Part shown: piece by piece, positions 54,276 to 64,000 of the stretch
Layout: the number at the start of each line of letters is the position of its first letter
Position numbering within the stretch: position 1 is the stretch's first letter
NCBI GenBank assembly: GCA_951406725.2
Contig: OX597818.1
Location: 116,126,001-116,190,000, forward strand
Reading direction: 5' to 3'
Origin: Octopus vulgaris
Taxonomy: Eukaryota
Length of the DNA stretch: 64,000 nucleotides
The notes under the pieces: generated by a model
The model's input: only the letters and a program-made list of their open reading frames with translations
The model's database searches: none
Told to the model about the DNA's origin: nothing
Made by a program: the position numbers and the translations under genes

Positions 54276-55538
54276 CACCCCGACGCCTTCGAAAATCGAA
54301 CCGAATGCATAGATGTTGGAAACTAATGACAGTAATTCATTAATCGCATCAAGTTTTTGCATCTGTGAAATAATCTTTTATATCACTTTCATCATCATCC
54401 TCGCTATCATCATCATTACCGTCGTCGTTATCATCATAATCCTCCTCATCATTATCAACGTTGTCATCTTCGTTATCATTCCCGTCATCGTCAACATTAT
54501 CACCAGAATCCTTTCCCCTATCGTCAAAACTACCACTGTCACCTTCGCCGCCTTCGTCACCCTCGCCGCCTTCGCCGCCTTCACAGCCTCCGCCGCCTCC
54601 GCCGCCTCCGCCGCCTCCGCCGCCTCCGCCGCCTCCGCCGCCTCCGCCGCCTCCGCCGCCTCCGCCGCCCTCGACGCCTCCGCCATTATCCCTATTGGCA
54701 ATAGTTGTCAATGTTACGATCGCCTACTTCATTATTCCTTCCTTAATCTGAAATCCTGATATTCATCAGAACGCCGACAGCGTCACCTTTAACACTACCT
54801 TGGTTAACTTAATCATGACGACAACACCAAACTAATATTACGAACACAACCACTACTGCCTACACCATCATCAATATCATGGATTAATATGGTTACCACG
54901 TTGGCGTACATGATCAACACCATTACAAAACACGACGAGAACCACCTCGCCTAATGCTAACACCACTTCTACAACAACCACGGCTACAATACAACCAATT
55001 CCGCCATTATAAACATCACCAACAGGAACACAGCCCCCAAGGCTTCTTCTTCTACTAACACCACAAGCATAACCACAATAACCGTTACCATTATCAGGAG
55101 TACAACTATGCACCTTCCACAACGCAATCGCCAATACTTGCATGTGCCACCGAATATGGCGGAGACAGCCAAACTCATGATCAACACAACAACCTTTGGC
55201 ACATGGGCATCGCATATACGAGAGATCAATTAATCATTTCCTTTACATGGATGAACTAAAGCTCTTTGTGAAAAGTGGTTAACAACTGGAACGGCTTTTA
55301 ACTAAAACAGTTTAGTGGTGACACTGAAATCGAGTTTGGTTCTGATAAATGTGTAAGAACCACATTCTTTGAAAGAAAACTCTTGAAAATCTATACCGTA
55401 CAGCTTCATATGACAACTATAAACAAGGAATTGTATCCTGAATAGAACTACAAATATTTAAGTGCATGTAGTGTTTAACATAATCCTTCACGTCCATAAC
55501 CATAATCCCGGTTATCACCGAGACAAGTTGTTTTTAAA

Positions 55539-55593
<55 letters not shown>

Positions 55594-55764
55594 TGTTGTG
55601 TCTGGGGAGAGTAATTTTCTTTTTGTGCCTTATAATGTAACACCCTCACCGGTGAGTGTGTTACATTATAGAGCACAAAAAGAGAATGACTCTCCCCAGG
55701 CACAAAAGAATATGCTTCAACACACGAACTCATAATAAAGAATCTTGCAAACCAATTCAAAAAG

Positions 55765-55798
<34 letters not shown>

Positions 55799-56329
55799 CA
55801 GTCCAGTCCAATTATTAGTGAACTATTTGCATCCCTCTTTGACAATCAGAAGATAGTAGAGATTTTACATACATAGATTCCTTCACAATGATGTTGGAAA
55901 GAATCTAGAATTTTAGAACCATGTTGTATCAAACATGACAATTTGTCTTCGTCTTCTCATTTTTATCCTCATAGAAACAACGACGAAATTGTTTCTTTAC
56001 AATGAGGAAGTTCATCACGACGACTGTCTTTAACAAGCATACTTTGTTTAATCCGTACTTACAAAACATCCTCCAGTCACTCCCTAGATACAGTTGCATA
56101 ATTACTCCAACCTTACACGTGTCATCCAAAAATCAACAGAGTTAAGAAACAGCATACTTAAGATGAGACGTAAAAAATCCATTGTTTCCCAACGCTAGAG
56201 AACAGAAAATATAAGAAGCCATTACACCATACAGAGAGGACAGAAGACCAAGAGATTTTCTTTGTATAATTTCGCAACATTCACAACGAGCAAAACATTG
56301 TAAAGAAAAAAAAAAGGACATGATGCAGT

Positions 56330-56568
56330 AACGTACTTTGGGCGCTGGCAAACGCCGCAAATGTCTACAGAAAGCAATTTTCACATTCGTGTATGAATCA
56401 TACATAAGATCTGTCATGAATTATGTTAACCCTATCTGGATCCCTATTATTTCCGTAATAGGACACAGTAAAGTCAAAAATGTACTTATTGGCGCGCTTC
56501 TCATCATAAAAGGCTGCTCACAGTCTTCTTCTATATACAACTTCCACAACAAAACAAAAATGTTAACA
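56330..56568 (+). mobile_element. Old Jockey/I-group LINE RT C-terminal fragment
   Basis: VYESYIRSVMNYVNPIW...ALLIIKGC...FHNKTKML resembles the YKxxIRSxLxYxxPxW...ALRxITG thumb region. Confidence 0.55.
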
Positions 56569-56569
56569 T

Positions 56570-57128
56570 AGGCGCAGGAGTAGCTACGTGGTAAGTAGCT
56601 TGCTAACCAACCATATGGTTCCGCGTTCAGTCTTACTGCGTGGCACCTTGGGTGAGTGTCTTCTACTATAGCCTCAGGTCGATCAAAGCCCGTCGTATAT
56701 ATATATATATATATATATACTCTTTTATCCTCTTTTACTTGTTTCAGTCATTTGACTGCGGCCATGTTGGAGCACCGCCTTTAGTCGAGCAAATCGACCC
56801 CGGGACTTATTCTTTGTAAGCCCAGTACTTATTCTATCGGTCTCTTTTGCCAAACCGCTAAGTAACGGGGACACAAACACACCAGCATCGGTTGTCAAGC
56901 AATGCTAGGGGGACAAACACAGACACACAAACATATACACACACACTTATATATATATACATATATACGACAGGCTTCTTTCAGTTTCCGTCTACCAAAT
57001 CCACTCACAAGGCATTGGTCGGCCCGGGGCTATAGCAGAAGACACTTGCCCAAGATGCCACGCAGTGGGATTGAACCCGGAACCATGTGGTTGGTTAGCA
57101 AGCTACTTACCACACAGCCACTCCTGCG

Positions 57129-57226
<98 letters not shown>

Positions 57227-57435
57227 TGTGTTTGTGTGTCCGTGTTTGTCCCCCCAACCTTCGCTTGACCACTGATGCTGGTGTGTTTACGTTTCCGTAA
57301 TTTAGCGGTTTGGCAAAATAGACCGATAGAATAAGTAGTACTAGGCTTACAAAGAATAAGTCCTGGGGTCGATTTGCTCGACTAAAGGCGATGCTCCCAC
57401 ATGGCCGCTGTCAAATGACTGAAAATAGTAAAAGG
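56570..57435. mobile_element. Family B SINE (+) interrupted by an antisense family B SINE (56720-57131) in its internal (TA)n
   Basis: + head 56570-56695, full minus copy, then + tail 57170-57435. Confidence 0.8.
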
Positions 57436-58177
57436 ATATAAGAATGGCATATATTCTGGGTGGTAAGCATCTCAGTTTGTTACCAAAGCTAACTCTAAAC
57501 GCCACAATCGGTTCCGTCACTTTGACATATAACCATCAACCCCCAGTCACATTTAGAAGTTACCACAACACAACGGCAACAGCATACAAAATCATTATCT
57601 CGTACAAATATACATAATTATACAGAATAATAGAAATAGCTGCGGCAACAATTACCTTAGGAATGTACTGGGAATCCCCAGGAATGAACTGGGAATCCTT
57701 TATATTATAGGCACAAGGGCTGAAATGTTGGGGGAGGGGGTGAAGTCGTTGTGATCACGGGTTACCTGCACATATAAGGAATGGTCAACTTGTTTTTAGG
57801 TCAGCCGGATCGAGACTGACCAGGAGATAAAGATGAAGAACAAACACGTGTGCAGTGGGGAGAGTGCAATTACCTTGTATGTCTAATCACTGCCCAGGTA
57901 CGTAATTTGATACTCAACTATAGTAGTTCGGCAGTCTTGTGATTATTCCATCGAGCCTGAATCGATGAAAGGAAAATGTTGACCTCGGCGGAAATTAAGC
58001 TCAGAACGTAAAGACGGACGAAATGCTGCTAAGGATTCTACAAGTTCACCACCTTAACAACAATACTAATAATGAAGTCAATGAAACTACAAATGTCCTG
58101 TCGTATCGAGTAATCAAATGCATCTCGGCTCTGACCAACGGTGTGCTTCTAAATACTTGCTCTACGCGCTCGAAACA

Positions 58178-59396
58178 TTAGGTTGTTTCACACGAAATAT
58201 CGTATTTGAAAGGTAATGATAAAATGTTTCAGAAGTGTTAGAGAACTGATTTATTTAATCAAAGAATGATCCGAGTTCATTTATGACGTTTACCCAACGT
58301 TTCTCCATGTCATATATTCCATCTTAAAAATAAAAAATTCATCTTCTGCTATGATAAACTGTCCAAATGCTTCAATTATCTCTTCTCTATCTAAGAATGT
58401 TTTACTGCTTATGAAAAGCTCAAAATATGTAAATAAGTGATGATCAGTCAGAGAGATATTAGGAGAATAGGGAGGATGTTGCAAAATCTCATAATTCAGG
58501 CTTTGCAACTTTTGGACCGTAGATTGAGGACTGTGAAGACGTGCATTATCGTGGAGCAAAATTAGGCCATCTCTATTCACCATGGGTTGCTTCTTTTTCA
58601 AATTCTCTTGCATACAATCAATTTCCTGGCAATACGATGTTACTGTTACCGTTTTTCTTTGTTGCAAAAATAAATAATGAATAACTCCCTTCGCAGACCA
58701 CCATACAATAAACACTAACTTTTTAGGGTACAATGGTGTGTTTGGGTAATGTTTAGGTGACTCTCCTGCATCTAATCACTGTCCTGTTCTCCTGCTGTTG
58801 TTAAAGCGTATCCATGTCTCTTCACTAGTAATGATTTGATGCAAAAATGGTCTTTTTCCAGTTGAGACACTTCGAGGTGTCTGTTTTTTTTAATCCTGTT
58901 CAGTTGATGTGGAACAAACCTATCTGTTTTCTTGATTTTTCCAATTTTTACAGGTGTCCAAGAACGGCTGTGCAAGATGTTTGGAGTTTTCGAACCTTTG
59001 CTCTCGGATTTTGTTCAGCCAAAGCATTTAATCCATCATGCCGAATAACTGATTTTGGCCTACCCCTCGGTTTATTTTCAAGGCTATCACCTCTTGAACG
59101 AGAGATTTGGAACATCTCTGAACAGTTCTGATGTCAACAAAACCATTACCAAAGGCCCGCTTGATTTTCCATTGAGCTTCTGCGGCAGAGTGACCCAGTT
59201 TGTACTCATACGAGGAAATCACTCAACAGTTTGGTTGTTACCATTTTCATAAAGTCTGTGGGTATGAATTTTGTATACCAATATTATTGGGAAAGAAAAA
59301 GAGTCAAGATTAAATGCAAGGTGTACAAAATATAGTTTTTGAATAACTGAAATAACAAGTAATTAAAAATGCGACATTTCATGTGAAACGACGTAA
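58178..59396 (-). mobile_element. Decayed mariner DNA transposon (second family)
   Basis: TIRs ttaggttgtttcacacgaaat / atttcatgtgaaacgacgtaa; transposase remnants VWWSAKGVIHY, LHDNARLH, HPPYSPNISLTDHHLF; N-terminal YEYKLGHSAAEA. Confidence 0.9.
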
Positions 59397-59577
59397 TAGT
59401 CGCCCAATTTCTCTCATTCCATACCTAAACTTTCTAAAAAACCGCAATTTGAATAATGTGATCGCGGGTTACCTGTACATATAAGGAAGATTGGATGGTC
59501 AAATTGTTTTTAGGTCTGCTGGATCGGGACTGACCTGGGGCTAAACATCAAGAACAAACACGTGTGCAGCGGGGAGA

Positions 59578-59740
59578 GTGCAATTACCTATTTCTTTACT
59601 ACCCACAAGGGGATAAACTCAGAGAGGACAAACAAGGACAGACAAAGAGATTAAGTCGATTATATCGACCCCAGTGCGTAACTGGTACTTATTTAAACGT
59701 GCTAACGTTTCTGCCAGCTCGCCGCCTTTGTGCAATTACC
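59578..59740 (-). mobile_element. Internally deleted family C SINE with 11-bp TSD
   Basis: gtgcaattacc at 59578-59588 and 59730-59740; empty-site paralog at ~57863-57873. Confidence 0.8.
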
Positions 59741-61180
59741 TTGTACGTCTAATCACTGCCCAGGTGCGTAATTTGATATTCAGCTTAGGAGAGGCATGGT
59801 GTATCTGGGACAAAAGACATGTGGATCGTACCTAGTCATTCAGCAGTCTATGACGTCGTAGATCAGCAACAAGAACAACTAAATCACGTTTGTCACAACG
59901 ACAGTTATGACCACAATTAACATCGCTAGTATAATAAATGGAACTCCATCAGTTTCGACGATAACGATTCAGTTCTTTCATCAACTGAATTATCTGGTCA
60001 TCAAATTAGCGGCTAAGTGGCTGAATATTCCTAAGAAAAGTGTAATTTAGCATAATCACGACGGCTAGTCAACTAATAATATGTCAGCTGGGATTCTGAA
60101 AGACATGTACAAACTATCTGGAAAGGATTCCATATAGTTTCTGTCATACTAATTTTATTCACAATGTCTCTGTCAACCCGAAACCACGATAAAAGGCACT
60201 CATCAAGCATGGGATCGAACCCGGGACATTGTAATTGCCAAATTAACTTCTTTAGCTATTTAACCAAAGTAGTATAACGATTAAAGCAGACATATGACCA
60301 CGAGACAACGAGCAAGTAGGGTTATCTGGTATACAAGGTACCAACTTAAGAATTGAAATGCATTCGCTTTGATAATGTATTACATATGTTGGACCAACTG
60401 AGTAAATTTATTGAGGTATTAACATAAAAGATATAAGTTATAGATTATCTGTTTGCGTATATCTCTTTCGCTCGAACTCTCTTCCAGTGTATATATATGT
60501 AAAAACTAACACTTCCCTTTTCGGAGCTGACATTCAAAACCGAATCTAAGGATTCTCGTTCGTCTGATCCACCACTGGTCCCGTGAAAAAATGATAGATG
60601 GATTTCTCTTCGACCTCCGACCTGAGCTGTGTCATTTAATGTTCAAGTGGACAGGAGGCTTGTGGTATGTATGTCCTTCTAGTTTGGATGACCATGATAA
60701 ATACAGTAAGATACACGACAGATGGGCAGAGAGCCAGCAAGAGGCAAACCGTCGACAGACAGCAGCTAACTTGCGTAAGTCAAGCAGCCAACAAAGAACC
60801 ATATATTCAACACGAATGACCCAACGCAGTAGCAGTGGCAGAACATAAACATACACCACTTAATGACCAACGCACACACAGACACAAAACATGTCCGGTT
60901 CTACCTCATCACATCGACACAGTATTTCTCCTGTTTAATTTTCTACTTCACCAGCTCGAAACAAGTTGGTAATGTCATGTAGCGGATTTTCTGGTGTATA
61001 CAACACGTAAATGCAAGTGTCGATGAGATAAATGATTTAAACCGCAATCCAATGCTTTCCCATTGTTTCACTTTGATGTCGCCCACATGCCTATTTCATC
61101 TGCTACCTCAACATCTTTTCCTACATCATCCCGTTCAAATACATACATACATACATACATACATACATACATACATACAT

Positions 61181-61213
<33 letters not shown>

Positions 61214-61283
61214 CATACATATACACACACATAAATATATATCCATATATACATATATGTTTATATATATATGCATAAACATA

Positions 61284-61350
<67 letters not shown>

Positions 61351-61960
61351 CTGTATATATATATCTATATACAAATTGAGATAGGGGTTGTAAAGAGGCC
61401 TTATGATATTTTTGTAAATGTCTCATTTATATCTATATATTGAACTACCATAAAAGGCTAATATTGGTAAAATGAGACATACTTATCTACATGGCCGAAA
61501 CAGCTGTAAGATGTAATCTATACTTATATTTGTTTTTACTTATATTTATATTCTCTTTTATATATATTCTACTTATACAACATTACTCTTTTATGTACAC
61601 TTTTTTATGTACATTCCTTTATGTACACTGATTTGTTCTGCTTTTTTATGTTTAACCCTACAGTCTCTTATGTGGTTGTTTAATAAAGTATGTGATTGAG
61701 TATTATCTGGTAATTGATATTTGATTAAGATGTATTTTTCCATTTTCTTATCTTATATATATATATATATATATATAATAATAATATTAGGGAATAAATC
61801 CAAACTTACAGGGAAAAATTAGATTTAGGATTAAATCCAATTTTATAGTATATTTTATCTCTAATTTAATATGATAATAATAATATATATATATATATAT
61901 TTATATATGTACATATATATCCATATATACATATATGTTTATATATATATATGCATAAAC

Positions 61961-62029
<69 letters not shown>

Positions 62030-62321
62030 GTACATATGTATTTTGTATACTTAGATATATAGACTATTTTGCTGATTAATTTTCAGAGTAAATTCAATTA
62101 GGTTTGGTATCTTCTCAGTAAATCACAAATCTGTTTACATTAATTAGTTATGAACAGGTTCAGTTAGAAGTACTGAAACAAATTTAATTCTATAAGCTAA
62201 TCACAGAATGATAAAATACAACACAAATGACTTCTTAAAGTAATCGATACTCTGTTCTGTCTGTGGAAGCCGTAGTTCTTACAAACAAGCTGACACGAAT
62301 ATAATATATATATGCATCTTC

Positions 62322-62371
<50 letters not shown>

Positions 62372-62504
62372 CGTCGGTGCGAATGGTTTGAATGGTATTT
62401 TTTATGCAAGCTTAAATCTTATGGCGATCAGCGTGCAAGGACTAAGAAAAATAGTCTAATAACGGGGCATATAAACCCTCGACAGAAAAATAAGGCTTTC
62501 CTAT

Positions 62505-62670
62505 CCGCAGTTGAAATTTACAGAAAAAACAAAAGACGAAGACAGGTGCATAAACAACAAGCAGGTGTATTAGTTTGACGCTCGGGAAGGTGAGAAAGTC
62601 TTTTACGTTTCGAGCCTATGCTCTTCAACAGAGAGGAACAAGAAGAAATAAATAGAGTATAAAAAACTTG
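62505..62670 (-). mobile_element. PLE-type terminal fragment with variant hammerhead (62600-62635)
   Basis: Minus strand CTGTTGA-agagc atag gctc-GAAA-cg-TA-aaag; homolog of 670-815. Confidence 0.55.
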
Positions 62671-62672
62671 TA

Positions 62673-62749
<77 letters not shown>

Positions 62750-62754
62750 TATCA

Positions 62755-62791
<37 letters not shown>

Positions 62792-62826
62792 CTCTCGCTC
62801 TCTCACACTCACATACACACACATAC

Positions 62827-62885
<59 letters not shown>

Positions 62886-63354
62886 AATACACACATACAC
62901 ACATATACATACCTATTTATCTATCAATCTACGCACACACACACACGTATCTACATCTATATATATATATATTATGCATCCATATCTATGTAACTTTATA
63001 TATCTATATCTATATATTATGCATCTATACCATTGTTACTCACATTATATATATCTACATCAATGCCGCTCACTTTCTCTAGCCTCCTCGCTTTCTATAC
63101 ACACACACTTTTATATCTACCCACATATATAAACATTAGAACACAAGAATTTATTAGTGTTATCTTATTTTCTATTTTCAGCTGAAACATCGATACCATA
63201 GTGTACATCAAAGAAGAATGAATTGGGGAAAAATTAATTATGCTCCGTGTTGTGAGAGATTAAGTTCGATAAATTTTCTTGAGACATGTTGTGCTTATAT
63301 TTCCCATAACTTGTAGAACTCTCAGCTGTAAATCATGAAACTATGAGCGTGAGA

Positions 63355-63994
63355 TTAAGAAATTTACGGCATTTCTTTTTCTGGTCAAGTCACTGAGAAT
63401 CAAAACTCAGCGGATAAACTTTGTTTTCATCATGGAACGCTATGTTCCCACAATGCAGAGCTAGAATTGGTTTGCTCCATTCATGCTGCTGGACATATGT
63501 GTCTTACGTTTGACCAGCTGATATCAAAATGAGAAACTTATCAGTCTTTTGATAATCTTACGAATTTGGGAAAGGCTGTGGTATATCTGTTTTGTTATTC
63601 ACGAAGGTATTTCGGTAGACGGACAATTCATCGACAAACAGTTGGCCGATAGACAATTCGCCGACAGACAACTTAAGAAATTTACGGCATTTCTTTTTCT
63701 GGTCAAGTCACTGAGAATCAAATCTCTGCGGATAAACTTTGTTCTCATCATGGAACGCTATGTTCCCACAATGCAGAGTTAGAATTGGTTTGCTCCATTC
63801 ATGCTGCTGGACATATGTGTCTTACGTTTGACCAGCTGATATCAAAATGAGAAACTTATCAGTCTTTTGATAATCTTACGAATTCGGGAAAGGCTGTGGT
63901 ATATCTGTTTTTGTTATTCACGAAGGTATTTCGGTAGACGGACAATTCATCGACAAACAGTTGGCCGATAGACAATTCGCCGACAGACAACTTA
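63355..63994. repeat. 318-bp tandem duplication ending in 15-bp sub-repeats (possible DNA transposon terminus)
   Basis: ttaagaaatttacggc at 63355 and 63673; each unit ends cggtagacggacaattcatcgac-aaacagttggccgat-agacaattcgccgac. Confidence 0.85.
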
Positions 63995-64000
63995 CAGACA

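Noticed and set aside
54780-55230. Mucin-like Thr-rich exon
   Set aside because: Cryptic (ACC/ACA) simple sequence with no long + strand ORF in the track.
60591-60859. Host exon or RTE-X remnant
   Set aside because: Only a faint resemblance to LINE C-terminal motifs; cannot be supported by eye.

Overview
AT-rich eukaryotic non-coding DNA saturated with microsatellites ((TA)n, (CA)n, (TATC)n, (TACA)n, (GAT)n, (AAG)n, (TAA)n) and transposon remnants. The SINE families and microsatellite load resemble an Octopus (coleoid cephalopod) genome; this is inference. No host gene can be confidently called. The only long credible ORF is an intact reverse transcriptase + C-terminal GIY-YIG protein (29014-31290, minus) of a young Penelope-like element (PLE, 26761-32433) with near-identical inverted pseudo-LTRs, inserted in (TA)n. 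Upstream of it is an unannotated N/Q/P/R-rich ORF1 remnant joined to the RT frame by a U-UUU-UUA slippery site in the -1 register. About a dozen minimal type-I hammerhead-ribozyme-like motifs are scattered through the window, from several repeat families and several with variant cores. They include a 491-bp tandem pair and one sitting downstream of a tRNA-derived head (candidate PLE-mobilised ribozyme SINE). Also present: two decayed mariner elements, a Tc1 fragment, a non-autonomous Helitron, CR1/RTE/R4-Dong/Jockey-I-type LINE fragments, many tRNA-SINEs (one family apparently inserting at TACC), fold-back repeats and a near-perfect 3.08-kb tandem duplication. All structures were read by eye; no folding or database searches were run.
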